Source of the DNA: Octopus bimaculoides
Lineage: Eukaryota
Length of the DNA: 64,000 nt
NCBI RefSeq assembly: GCF_001194135.2
Contig: NC_068988.1
Span: 36,952,300-37,016,299 of the forward strand
Reading direction: 5' to 3'
The number at the start of each line of letters is the position of its first letter. Position 1 is the stretch's first letter. The notes under the pieces are model-generated. The model did not search any database. It was not told the DNA's origin and saw only the letters and a program-made list of their open reading frames with translations. This document shows positions 12,531 to 26,019 of the stretch, in pieces. A program made the position numbers and the translations under genes.

Positions 12531-13534
12531 CCGTGAAATGGAGGAGCTGTGTGCTGGTAACCTTTTGTGAGTTGTTGCATTGGTACTGCATGCAATCACG
12601 TAATCATATGATATGTAGATATCATCCTGAGATTGGTGAGACAAAATCACATTCATAATCGACTCTGTACAAATGAATCCTATAACCTTCTAGCAACCAT
12701 GGACCGAATCCTGAACAGAAACTCCGAACCAGTCCCTTCATGAAAGCACAAAATGTTAAAATCACTAAAAGACTTCAAACCAACAATCTTTTCTAAAGGC
12801 TAAACTTAATATCTCACTAATTCCTCAACATCCACGCACACCATAAATTATCCTCATACTATAAAATAAAATAAAACAATCACACAACTTTGCACTTTTA
12901 CACTAAACAAGTAATCTAGAAATTATATAGAAGTCTACTATCTCCTACTAAAACCCTCACACATTATTTGCTAACAGAACTACACAAACCTAAATATAGA
13001 CGCACATAAAACGTATGCTTGTATGCAAGCAAACTGGAAGAGCCTTTTCCTTTACCTTTCTTTCAAATTAAATTATAAAAGAGTTATCCCTAGTAGTGGT
13101 TTGGATTTTAACTGTCCTCTCTAGCGTGCAGGTAGTCGTATGATGGATACCTCTTATGTCTTTAAATGTACACTGTATTTATATGAATAATATATAGTCT
13201 ATATATAACATATCATTTTTACACGCTACTGGCTTCTGGAAATAAAGTCGGATAATTGTCGTAGTGGCAACAATTATTGGGCCAGACAGTAGTGTTCACT
13301 AGTGTCCTCTTTTCTATAGATAATATGCCAGTATTTTTCCTTAATACTTGAAACTTGAGATTAGCTCTTCCTCATCTCAAGTGGAGTTAATCTTATTTGT
13401 TATTTACTAATTACTATACATCAGCTAGAGGACAAGGTACTCTTGATGAATCAAAAAATTTGGACAAAGCTGTATATGCCTATAGCGTTGAAATACAGGC
13501 CACTGTCTACTATGAATTATTTCACTTATTTTCG

Positions 13535-13690
<156 letters not shown>

Positions 13691-15685
13691 AGTTTCCGTT
13701 TTTACCGTAAATTAGAGATTCAAGAAGCGTAAATTAGAGATTCAGGAAGCGATATCAACTACTAAAACCATTAAAGTTTGTTATGGAGTGTGGCCATGGA
13801 AAATATTAAAATTAAAGAATATATTTTCTTGATATTTCTTCAAATTCCTTAGAATATTTCGCTTCTTTTCAAGAGATAATATTTCATGTCCACGAGAATT
13901 TTTTTCACTTTTATGTATATATCATAGTAGGTGTATACTTTCGTGATTATCTTTTGCCTTTTGGTTTCAGCCAGAGGCTGAGGCCACGCTTGGGGACCGC
14001 CTTATTGATGATGTTTCACCCAAATCCACCCCTAAAAGAGTAAGGTTATCAAAATCATTCCAGCCGTGACTATCCCTTACGTTTCTCAACTTTTATTTTC
14101 TTTCGTTAATATCGATTTGCTTGTAACTGTTGTTTCTATCCGGTCAAAAGATGTATTTCATTCTATTCAATTTCGGAGCTGCAGTCTTTTTTATAAGTTG
14201 ATTTCATCGAATGATCACAAGTATTCCCTATGAATATCATGCACAATTAAAGAACGTGTGTTACACATTAACTTTAAAAGAAAGAGAATCTCTTTTATGA
14301 TAAATATGGCGAAAATTAATATTTATTCGAGTATTTCACTATTTATGACAGTGATTTATTCATGCCCTCGGGAATTTTTTCTCGAAAATACAGTCATGAG
14401 ATATGTGACTAAATTACATCACATATATAACATATTATCATAACCAATTTACTGATTTAGTTTAGTCGCAGCTATTTTGCGTACATCTGCAATTAAAAAC
14501 ATTTCGATAATATATTATTTCATAACCGTGGAATAAAAGACAATTTATTTATTTGCTATTCATCATATATATATAATTATGGTATCGTATATTTATAGTA
14601 TATAGTTATATGAATTTCAGTTGCAATCAAAAAGCCATGTTGATAATTGTATGAATACAAACAAGAGACATAAACGGAAGCACACACTAGTAGAAAACAG
14701 ACGTATATCATTTTATACGTACAATTTTATTGATAATGACTTCGAAGTTTATCAATATTTAGCCTTATTTATTTCTCGATGCCAACTACGTACAATCATA
14801 GAATTTACTGTCAGTAAAAATTATTAACATTAGCTGACTCATATTTTGTACTGATAAATACAACTTTTAAATCTCTGTATATGTATTTGTGTGTGTTTAT
14901 CCATTCATGGCAATAGATCATGAGTCAATATCTACAAAGAGAACACTTGATAGTTGGCTGCAGCATTGACTTGCAAAGATATATTATATTATATTATAAC
15001 CTCATCGGGATATCTCTACTGCTGTCAGTTTTGAACAAGCTAGGAAGTAAACAAGGCTTTCGTAATTCCGTTATGGATAACAGAGAAGGCCCTTGTCTAC
15101 ACCCATTGCGCGAATTCAGCGTAACAATACTCAAAAATATTTTAGTTGTAATAATTTAGATGAAAACGGTCACTTCCAAATATTCTCCAAGGAATAGATA
15201 TTTTACTCCTACCCATATTCTTTTATAGAAAATAATGTCACAGCTTGTTATATTTTTTTCGCCTCAAGAGATGTGAAATCATCAGAAAGGGAAGAAAAAC
15301 AAAAAAAAAACAAGGAAACGGCAAAAATACAACATAGATGGATTAACTAATGAAATATTCAGCGAAAGAAATTTGAGAAAGAAAAGAACAAATGAAGAAA
15401 CCACATCCACAATGGGATAAAAACGAAAAATCAACGAAAGTCAGTAGACAAAGAGACAAGAAAGTGAAGTTGTAGAATGCAATCTAAAAGAAGCATTCAA
15501 TGAAAGACATGTTTTGTCTTGGAACTAACAGGATACATCACTGATGGAATCGTTGAAGTTTTTATGATGGGTGTTGCCAGTTTCTAACATAAAATGTTTG
15601 TGTTCGTACAGACAGGGAAGGTTCGATATAATCCTAGGTGGCGGGAGTATCTAGGGCATTAAACGCACACTGAGGCAACTTATCT

Positions 15686-16430
15686 GTCCAGCAAGAAATT
15701 AATCTGCGGACAGTTCTATATAAAACAATTTTAGCCCAAAGCAGGAAAGTAGAGCAGGCAACACAGCAGCAGCTCGAAAAGTGTTTAAAACCAGGTTGGA
15801 AGAGCAAAGCAAGGGCATAAAATTTGGGACTGTGGAAAGTGAGATTTGTCACAGAGAAGGAGGCCTTAAATCACTAGACAACTACCCTAGAGAGTGATCA
15901 GCTCATCCTCATCCCCATCTACTTTGGTAGAAGACTATTTAAAGTTAGAATATTCAACATCCCACTAGAGATAAACATCTGCTGATTAGTAGCTGGGATT
16001 GGCAATGACATAAAAGAGAAAACCACGATTCTGCGAATACAGATAATGCAGACGCAGAAGTGGTTAAGACAGCTACTAATACAGCTACTAAACAGAAATG
16101 GTTAGAACAGCTACTAATATAAGCTGACCAGCCAAGTGTCGAGATCATCGCAGATCATATAAGCCTATCACGTTGCACAAAGCTTAACGTGGCTGTTGAG
16201 AGCAGGAAGCCAAGTTGTCACCAACAGCAGTAGCGGCAACAGCAACAAGAACAGTGGAAGAAACATCACACACAACAAATAAATCACCAACATCAACAGC
16301 AGCAAAAGGAATAATATCAGAATCTACCAAAACAACAACGACTTCATCAACTGAAAAGCAAAAAGCTCCGTAAAAATTACCCAACCCGTGTCCAGAGCAA
16401 TCAGACATGCCCTGCGGTGGCGGGGGAGCA
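15686..16430 (+). pseudogene. Probable L1/Tx1-clade ORF1 fragment (RRM-like region plus Thr/Ser-rich tail)
   Basis: Frameshift-joined translation KFGTVEVRFVTEKEA...ESDQLILIPIYFGRRLFKVRIFNIPLEINI, followed by low-complexity TAVAATATRTVEETSHTTNKSPTST. Recognised by pattern only. Confidence 0.45.
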
Positions 16431-16438
16431 GGAAGACC

Positions 16439-19263
16439 CTTATTGGCAAAAGGTTCATAACACCGACAAAAGCATAAAAGATTCTAAAAAATATATAATA
16501 CGGATGATGATAGGACACAATAAGACATAAGAGATGGACTGGAGGCGGGATTATAACCAACCCCACGAAACCCGCCTTACCACTGACCTGGGTTTTTAAA
16601 CCATATCGCATTCACGTGGAGCCTTTCATGCCCAACATTCGTGCGACATTCTTCCATCTTTTTCCAAACATGTCTTCAGTCATACATCTCCTCTCCAGCC
16701 CTATTTGCTATTTTAGGTGGAAGATGAAAAAAATCACCAGATTAGGGCCAGAGATGAAGGTGCCTGACCTTATTCCTTTCATTATTGTCCTCCATATAAT
16801 CCCTCTCGCAACTGTTACTACAGAGAGAAAACAATTCTTACCTTCTTTCGTTAAGAAATCCGGTGGGTTAATTTTCACTGTACTCTTCCGCCACCTGACA
16901 TCAGTTGTTCGGCATAAACCCACACGTCAGACACTTACGGGCAGTGAACAACAGCGTGTGGGACGGTTTCTCTGTCCCTCCCACATCTTGGACAGATTGG
17001 AGTGTCTCGGCCACCGTGCCTTGATAGTTTATCCCTGACAGGTAAGGTTCTGCGGCAACATTGCCATGCCAAAGATTTCTGGAAATCCAGGGTCTTCGGC
17101 CCGAACGTACGTTGAAACAGACTGGCCAGCGGATTATCGTCAAAACCTAGGGTCTTCCCCAATGTATCATCGCATTCTGCCTCTACAAACCCTCTACAAA
17201 AGACAGCTGTGGAACCACCACCACAGGCATTGCCCGAGCGACGAAAGAGCAGGTGTGCCTTGCGACACTCCGTATACCATGTACCCAACTATGATCTACG
17301 ATTGAACCAGGTTTCCTATCCACCGAAACCAGTGAACTTGGGAAACATGTTTCGCCAGCGAAGACCACACCCGATCACCATCCAGGTAGAGCCACATGTG
17401 CTTCAGCCTCAGCGCATGTCTGCGCATCAATAGTCAAGGCATCCCTTGCCCACCCTTTAACGGTTGTTGGCAACAAATAGAGCGTCTCACAAGCGGTTTC
17501 GAGCCCTGCCACAAGAAGTGGAAGAGCTGTCTTTCCAGCTTGATCAACAACGAATCAGGACAGGGCACGACGGTTAGGCGGTATGTGATGACCGATGCGA
17601 TAAACATATTGACCACCTTCACCCTCCCTTTCATGGATAGCCACCGCCAAGACCACGTCTTGGCAATGTGGGTCACCCTGCTCGATACTTCGGCCCAATT
17701 CTTCTCTATTTGGAGGTCTGGTCCGAACCAAATTCCTACCATCTTAATCGGACCCTTCGTCCAACGTCCCACGACGCTGTCAGGAGGTATCGACTTGCCT
17801 CTCCAGGTGCTGAGCTGCAAGCCAATTGATTTTTCCCGATTAACTTTTGCTCCTGCCACTGTCTCGTATTCCTCAGTGGCCTTGCCAACGCTCTGTAGGT
17901 GAGCCATTTCGGTCACGATGATGGTGATATCATCCGCGTAGGCTGAAACTGACATCTCACAAACTGGCTGTCTCGAAATGCCGCTCAGCTTTTGCGGCAA
18001 TGGCTCAAGAGCCATCACATACAAAAACGGGGAGAGCGGGCATCCTCGACAAACCGAGCGTTTGACGTGGAACGGCTTAGAAAGAAAGCCGTTCACCCGA
18101 ACTACCGAGTCAATGTTGTCATACACTTGAATGATCCACCTGAGGAAGCCAAGACCCTGGCGCATCTGCGTCAGAACGGACACCAGGTAGTGATGGTCGA
18201 CCCAATCAAAAGCTTTTGATTGGTCTAAATGGACCACTGCCCCTCCCTTGCCGGAATCGTTATTAATTCCCTCTATAGTGTATCGTATATGATGGAGATT
18301 ATCCTGAATGGATCTGCCGGGGATGGCACATGTCTGTGCCCTCATCCCGATCAACCCATCCCCGACACGCGCCAAACTTTTCGATAACATTTCGGCCAAA
18401 ATCTTCAGCTCTGTGTTGAGCAGAGTGATGTGCCGAAAATTATCGATGACATCCCCCTTGTTCTGGTCCTTTTTGACGAGCGTCACCACTCCCCGACGTA
18501 CACATCCGGGGATGAGCCCATTCTGTAGCCATTTCGCGTAGACACTCGCCAATAGGTGTCCCAACAAGTCCGGCATACTCTTATACAGCTCGTAGGGTAG
18601 ACCATCCAGCCGCGGCGCTTTACCCGCGTCGCAGTCCGCCATGGCCTCTTTAACCTCCTTGGGCGTGATCGGCCCTTCACTACACCTCACAGCGGCAGCC
18701 CGGCGAGGAAGTCCATTACGTCCTACCTAAACTTCGCCCCCCCCCCACCCGGAAAAGCTGGGTGATGTGGTCCTGAAAGGCCTCACACAATTCCTCGGGC
18801 TCGTTTATCAACTTAGCTTGCTGGTTCGTCAAAGATCGAATTGTGGCATCATTGCCACATTGGGCTTCCACCACTCAGGTTCATCCCGCAGCATTGATTC
18901 CTTCGCAACCTATTGCACGTTGTCCAGCCCTGACAATGCAACCCATCTGTTTGGCTTCGAGGTGCTGGTTTAACACCAGTTTCTTGGCCTTCATCTGAGC
19001 TGCAGAGCCACTTTGCATTTCTTCCTCGAAGTCCTTAGCTAGAACCGATTCCCTTCTAACCTCTCTAGCCATTAAACTTATGCTATATCTAATAGACTCA
19101 TATTTAATGGCTCGCTTGAGGGCATACCACCATTTGGTCTTAATAATGGATCTGGTTAATGCCCTCTGAATTAATATCTTAATCCAGTCTCTGTACGCCT
19201 TAATCGCCAAAAGGGACGCATTAAGCTTCCAGTAGATGGGACCTCTATATAACTTATCTATGT
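16439..19263 (-). mobile_element. 5'-truncated L1/Tx1-clade LINE (ORF2 linker, RT, CCHC region, 3' UTR)
   Basis: Starts at GPIYWKLNASLL (the motif that follows the APE domain), then the RT ORF, then KSLAWQCCRRTLPVRDKL..CPRCGRDRETVPHAVVHCP (zinc-finger region) and a C-terminal FFIFHLK. The endonuclease domain is absent. Confidence 0.9.
17434..18690 (-). pseudogene. Non-LTR reverse transcriptase, 418-codon open stretch of the Tx1-like ORF2
   Basis: GKAPRLDGLPYELY, NFRHITLLNTELKILA, QTCAIPGRSIQDN, HLDQSKAFDWVDH, SVCRGCPLSPFLY, SAYADDIT. Flanking ORF2 segments are in other frames. Confidence 0.9.
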
Positions 19264-19292
19264 CGTGCTAACGTTTCTGCCAGCTCGCCGCC
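19264..19292 (-). mobile_element. tRNA-derived SINE head (A-box part) fused to the LINE 5' end
   Basis: Reverse complement is GGCGGCGAGCTGGCAGAAACGTTAGCACG, matching the SINE heads at 29345 (GGCGGTGAGCTGGCAGAATCGTTA) and ~42758 (TAGCACGCCGGGCG). Confidence 0.8.
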
Positions 19293-20904
19293 CATCTGGT
19301 TGCAGCCCAGTCAAGATGATATTTTTTCTTCTCTTACTCTTGTTTTTTGCAGATATCTACAAAATTGACTTTCTAAAATGAAATTCCATTATGCAGCTGA
19401 GGAGTACAATTTCATTGCACATTTTATGTAGTGTTCTCATTACATGGATAAATGAAGTTTGTACGAAACGTACGTACTGCTATAACCTATTGAACTTTTG
19501 TTGCTTTTCTTCAAATATATATATATATATATACATATATATATTTCATGCCCTCTCATATTAACATAGGAAGGAAGATTGCTGAATAACTTTCAGCAAA
19601 CAGGTAAGAGAAAGGCCATTTGGAATGTATTTAATTACAGGTCTACTTGAAAATGGCTGACATGTGTTAAACTAAAAACATAGATTTCCTAAACCGTATC
19701 AGTCAAATGATTTCAGATACTTTTGTAATATAAGCCGAATATGCGAAGACGAGTCTTTCGTCAGCCAATAGCGCCACGGTGTCCAGGGTAGGTTGCGATT
19801 GAAACCTGTATGGAGGGATTTTATGCATGTGCCCATGTATGTCTGATTGCCTTGACATCTGAATTGTTCGTGTAGTTCTAAATGTTTGTTATAAATAACG
19901 CTTTCATTTGCAGGTGATGTTGATTTGCTACCGTGGTTACAACATATTTTTCTACATAGGATATATCCAATTACTTGAATGCATTAGCTTTGGACCAAAT
20001 GCTTTATTTAATTTGCTTCCTCCATTAATAAAAATGAGCATTAGCTTAAATACTTAACAGCTTCTATTTCGATGAGAAAGAATAAAGGTGATTTATTTTC
20101 TAAAATGAAAGGTCTCATGCATTGCAATAGAATTTTCAAATACTAGGTAAGAGCACAACCAACATTAAACTACTCTATTTCTAATCTGTTGTTTTATATT
20201 TTATTATCTATATTATTTTTTCTTCAAAATTTCCTGCAGTGATTTCGGACCCACTGTTATCCTGACTGAAATTAGTTTCAAATAAATAATGCTTCCATCT
20301 TTTATAGACACCACGGTAATTACATATAGATCGGACGCTTCGTAATTGGAAGGAAACGAAAATTTGATGTCACCTTAGTATGAGGTCTGCAGTAGGAGAT
20401 TGTAAATTACAGTCTGTTTCTCTCTTACAAACGTTGATATTCTAATTTAATTGTTTTCCTGACATTCAAATTAGGCAGATTTTCATGGAACGCCAAAAGC
20501 TTTCTTTGCAGATAACATAAATTAATTTAAATGATAAACGTGACAAAATTAAGGAGCCTATATACCATGAGAAGTTCGCTAAACTTTTCTTATGTATACA
20601 GGTCTTTAGTTCAAGTTCACCGTTGAGATTTACTCAACAAAATATACGGTTTTATAAAATTAAATCACGGCGGAAGATACGTAATCAAGCACTAGTAAGA
20701 TGTTAGGTATCACAAGGGAATCATTTATCTGCCAAGTACTAAGAAGTCGATTTGTGTGCTGATAAAATTTGGTTCGTTTTATGCAATAAACTATTACAGT
20801 AATCCTAATTCAAACTGACAAGAGAAACTCCCCTTAAAATCATTCCTCTTTATATTTCCTGAGAGAGTAAAACTTTTGGATTGTAGGGGGCAGTATGAAA
20901 CTTT

Positions 20905-20918
20905 CACTATTATTATTA

Positions 20919-20970
<52 letters not shown>

Positions 20971-22500
20971 TTTTAATCTGCATCTTTGTTACAGTCCCTT
21001 GCCGAGACACATCCAACGTCCTAGGGCAAGTTAAGGATAAGAGATGTTACAATATGACTGAAAGCTTGGGGAGGAAAGGTAGTGAAATATCTTCATGTAA
21101 CACAACTCAAACATTTAAATGGATATGGTTTTTCTAAGGATGTGGGCATTACTTGTCAGTACAATCTTTTGGATTTCTCTGAGATATGGTTCTGCTGGGA
21201 TCTTATTTCGATATCTCTGACATCTCTCTTTTATCATACCAAGGGCACCAACAATAACAGGAACAGTTCTCGTTTTAAGATGCCACATCTTTTGTATTTC
21301 ATTTTCCAGGCCCTTCTAGTTACTTACTTTCTAAAATTCCTTGACAGATATTCTTTTATCAGTGGGAACACTTACATCTATTAGTGTACAATTATTTTCT
21401 TTAATTATTATGTCGGATCGATTAACCGGAATCGTTCTGTCAGTATTGACTGGAAAATCGCAGAGGATAGTAACATTTTCTTCCTTCAACGACTGGCTCA
21501 GGATGGTGTTCGTACCAGTCAGTACGAGTGCTTTAAATTTTTTTTTTCCATTTCATGGCGTCGGGGTGCCTTGTGGTTGTGCTTCACACTCTATGACCAG
21601 ATTCTGCTCCAAAGCAGAGTTCTTTCCTTCGGATCAGATAAATCTGTTTGTCCCTTATCTTCTCCATCCAACGTTTTGTAGAATAGCTTCTGATTTGTTC
21701 TGGACAGTTGATTTTGTTTAAACTCTAGACATATTTTCCTGTATCTTTTGGTCTAATCTTCCTTCGTTTTAATAATTTGTTTTAACATATACGATATGAC
21801 CTGAGCGTCCTCCTCTAGCAGGTGATATTTCCAATTCATGTAATTCTAACCTCTTCATTGAGCCTCATCTTACTACCCTTTACTTCATTGATCTTACTTA
21901 AATCTTTGTCATGTGTTGATGCTTTCTTTTATTCTCCTTTTCCAGAAAGGCTGTTTGTTTTTTGTACTTTCTTTTCCCTAAACATTCGCATCTTCTCTGT
22001 GATGACGTTAACAGAGGCATACATGAAGAAATTTTAATTCATTGACATACTTAACTGGAATTTCCATGACAATATCATTCAATATTCTGATTTCTGCTAT
22101 TATATTTTCTTTATTGGATGACTTCAATCACTGTAATTTTATCCTTTCTTCAAGTCACATTACATCCAGAATTCTGTCGCGAAAAGTAGCTAGTTTTGGG
22201 CGAATTTCGTGCAGTAAATATATATTTGTTGGTATACTATTGACTTCTATATATATTGTAGATTTATATATCTACAATATATCTGCCTATTCATAAGGTT
22301 TAAAATGGACAAAAAGTGCAGAATCAACTCCTGCGCTTTCTGAAGAAGTCTCTAATACCAGGCTCTACATTGCAGAAAGGAACAATATTTATTGCGAAAG
22401 AGCAATGCATGCAGTAAATGACACGTTGCTGTTTTTAGCATATGTATTTGCGGTGAGCTTAAACCATTCTTTATTTGTGTTGATCGAAAGCATATGTTTC
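20905..22500 (-). mobile_element. R4/Dong-like RLE non-LTR retrotransposon lacking the RT domain, with (TAA)n tail
   Basis: Minus strand reads PFWKRRIKKSI, QKLFYKTLDGE...LWSRIWS..KHNHKA, then jumps to WYEHHPEPVVE, NVTILCDFPVNTDRTIPVNRSDIII..LIDVSVPTD (PD-(D/E)xK-type RLE) and MWHLKTRTVPVIVGALGMIK...EIQKIVLTSNAHILRK. It ends in (TAA)n at ~20905-20968. Confidence 0.85.
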
Positions 22501-23286
22501 CCGGTTGATGTCGTATTTCAAAAGCGTTCAAGAATGTCTTCACAGTCATTCCACTTCAGCGTTTTTGCTGCAGGGCCTATTGCAGAAGTGTTTAACCTAC
22601 TGCAATAACGAGATTTTTTGCTATTACCGCCGTGACAAACTCAATGATACTAATATCAGCAATCCAGAATGAGGGGCCAAAAACAATTTCCAGTAAATGT
22701 GCTCCATATAAGTCTCATATATTACTACGACTACATTTAATAATGTATAGTCTCTCTTCCAGCTCTTTCTCTTTGATACACATGCCTGTAAGTGCGTGTG
22801 CATATATGTTGAGGGTATAGATATGTATGTATGAATATATATATATATATATATGAATATATATATATATATATATATGAATATATATANNNNNNNNNNN
22901 NNNNNNNNNNNNNNNNNNNNNNNNNNNNNNNNNNNNNNNNNNNNNNNNNNNNNNNNNNNNNNNNNNNNNNNNNNNNNNNNNNNNNNNNNNNNNNNNNNNN
23001 NNNNNNNNNNNNNNNNNNNNNNNNNNNNNNNNNNNNNNNNNNNNNNNNNNNNNNNNNNNNNNNNNNNNNNNNNNNNNNNNNNNNNNNNNNNNNNNNNNNN
23101 NNNNNNNNNNNNNNNNNNNNNNNNNNNNNNNNNNNNNNNNNNNNNNNNNNNNNNNNNNNNNNNNNNNNNNNNNNNNNNNNNNNNNNNNNNNNNNNNNNNN
23201 NNNNNNNNNNNNNNNNNNNNNNNNNNNNNNNNNNNNNNNNNNNNNNNNNNNNNNNNNNNNNNNNNNNNNNNNNNNNNNNNNNNNNN

Positions 23287-23326
<40 letters not shown>

Positions 23327-23350
23327 ACATATATCAAAAACAACAACAAC

Positions 23351-23388
<38 letters not shown>

Positions 23389-23760
23389 TAATATTAATAA
23401 GGATAATAAGGATTATTACTGAGTTGCATAGCTTTACATTTATATATATATATAAACAAACATATACATATATTCATACATACATACAAGCATATACATA
23501 TATTCATATATTCATACATACATGCATGCATACATACATACATACATACATACATCCCATATAAAGGTTTTTTCAAGTAACTTGTTTCAATCAGAAAATA
23601 AAGAGTTACAGGCTAAATGAAAACTTCACACTTCAATGTGTATGCGTAACTATAGATATTTATATACGCGTATGCGTCTGTATACATTTATATATATATA
23701 TATACACTTGCATATACAAATATGTTTGTATGTATATATATATACCCATATATATATTTG

Positions 23761-23832
<72 letters not shown>

Positions 23833-23846
23833 CGTGTATATATACC

Positions 23847-23891
<45 letters not shown>

Positions 23892-25140
23892 GTATATAGA
23901 TGTAGATATGTATATATATATATGTGTGTATATATATGCATAGACATGTATGTGTATGCGAGTGTGTAAAAACCCATACAAATGTATGTTTATATGTATA
24001 AGTTTATGTGCGGTTTTGTGTTCATGTCTTCGTATGTACGATTGCGAGTATATGTATGAAGATATAGTATTACAGGTCATGGATGTGTATGTGGTATTTG
24101 GAAGTACTTTACAAGTTCAGATAATTTCACTTCTAATAGGCTCTTAATGAAAATTTTCCATTAAGCTTGAACTCATACTTTGTAAAGAAGTAATTTTATT
24201 CCTTGTCGAATAATGTAATTATATGGTTTAAAGAAGAGTTTTTCTCTTATTTATTGTCAATCGTTCGCTAGACTTTAAAATATATATTTTATTGCTATAT
24301 ACGTACAGTATTTTAATTACTTCTGCTGCTGCAGCAGATGATGATGTTGTCATTTATAGTATTTTTAAGGTATGTAAGCTGACAAAAAGAAATAGAGTCT
24401 TGTACTAAATACTTCACAATATCCAGTACCGTTCCTACATCTTTCAAAATCATTGGAACCGTTTTGTCTGTTAGAGATATGGTATTAATTAGATAAGTTC
24501 TAAACGTGCAAAACAGTCAATTCAAATACCTATAACCGCTTATGAAAGAATATTCAAGGAGAGAAACAAATCCAGGTGACTGAGTTGGTTTGATTGCCGG
24601 TGTACTTAGATCCATCCCTTTATATTGTCTTGATATTCATTAGAATAAATAGGTATCACTGTTTTGTTTTGTTTTTGTTTTTTTCTGCTGAATGAAGAGG
24701 CGTCAGAAAGTCGGACAGTATATTTTGTATCATTACATTCGAGTCTTTACTACCTGAGTTCAGATCATGCTGTGGTAGAATTTACCGTCTATATCTTCGA
24801 GGTGGATAAAATAAAGTACCAGTCACATATAGTCGATTATTTCGCTTCCCTAAATGTTAGATTTTGTGCTTGCATCAGAAAAATTATTAAGAGCAGTGGC
24901 TTGGTGAACTCGTTAAAACATTGGGTAAAATAACTTGCAATATTCCTTCTCGTTCCTAACGCTCTGAGATCAGTTCCTGCCAAGGTGAACTTTCCCTTTA
25001 ATTCTTTCCTCAAATATCTGTACTAGATAGTATAGACTAACTCCTCCTATTAATATCGTTGGCCTTGTACCTAAATCATAATCAAATATTTCGGGAATGA
25101 GGCAAAATAATTCCCCGTATGTATATGGCTTTTATGAGTG

Positions 25141-25380
25141 GAAGCGCGTGGTTTAGTGGTTAGGGTGTTAGCACCATGATCGTAAGATTGTGGTTTCGAT
25201 TCCTGGACCGGGCGATGCGTTGTGTTCTTGCACAAAACAATTCATTTCATGTTACTCCAGTCCACTCCGTTGACAAAAATGAGTAACGCTGCGATGGACT
25301 GGCGTCCCGTCCAGCTGGGGAACACATACGCCATTGAAACCGGGTCCATGAGCCTGGCTAGGCTTTAAAAAGGCACATTT
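25141..25380 (+). mobile_element. tRNA-derived SINE
   Basis: A-box TGGTTTAGTGGTTAGG, B-box GGTTTCGATTCC, central GCGATGGACTGGCGTCCCGTCCAG. Confidence 0.75.
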
Positions 25381-25384
25381 ATTT

Positions 25385-25830
25385 TATATGGCAGATCTTT
25401 TCCCTTTGGCTGGCATATTTAAAAAATAATTTTCTTTAACTAAACACCTTCAAAATTTGTAGAATTTTAGAATGATAGAATGTGTTACATAAAACATTAT
25501 TTTCTCTTGGCGTTTTTGAGAAAATTGTATATTTTCGAAGTTATTTCGTGTTAAAGTTGTCGTATTTCGGCAATTTCAACCAATCAAAGACGTCTATTGA
25601 GGTGAAAACAATTACTGCTGTTGTTTGTCAACAAACTACCGGTGGTGTATATTTCGTTTGACATTGTTATTTATGACATCATTCGTGCGTTTGTACTGGT
25701 CTTGGCACTAGGGTTTTAGGGTTAGGGTTCGGGTTTCAGAGTTAGGGTTAGGGCTTTAGGGTCTGGGCTTTAGGGATAGGGATAGGGTTTTAGAGTTAGG
25801 GTTAGGGTTTTCCAGCTACTATTTTCGGAA
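25385..25830. repeat. Interspersed repeat with a degenerate (TTAGGG)n block at 25709-25810
   Basis: About 15 imperfect TTAGGG-like hexamers (TTAGGG, TTCGGG, ATAGGG, TTAGAG) at the end of a non-microsatellite segment. Confidence 0.5.
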
Positions 25831-25854
25831 AGACATTTTTCCCCCCCTCCCCAT

Positions 25855-25870
25855 CTGTCTTTCTCTCTCT

Positions 25871-25939
<69 letters not shown>

Positions 25940-25947
25940 TTCTCTCA

Positions 25948-26016
<69 letters not shown>
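25855..26016. repeat. (CT)n microsatellite
   Basis: Directly visible. Confidence 0.95.

Positions 26017-26019
<3 letters not shown>

Noticed and set aside
15270-15420. Purine-rich segment resembling an RTE C-terminus (RKRQKY.IDGL)
   Set aside because: A single short motif in low-complexity sequence; insufficient support.
20895-21137. ORF starting MKLSLLLLLL... resembling a signal peptide
   Set aside because: The poly-Leu comes from the (ATT)n tail of the antisense RLE element.
25141-25215. tRNA gene-like sequence (also ~33290-33360 and ~29345-29430)
   Set aside because: A and B boxes are present but there is no complete cloverleaf, and each continues into SINE body sequence. These are SINE heads, not tRNA genes.
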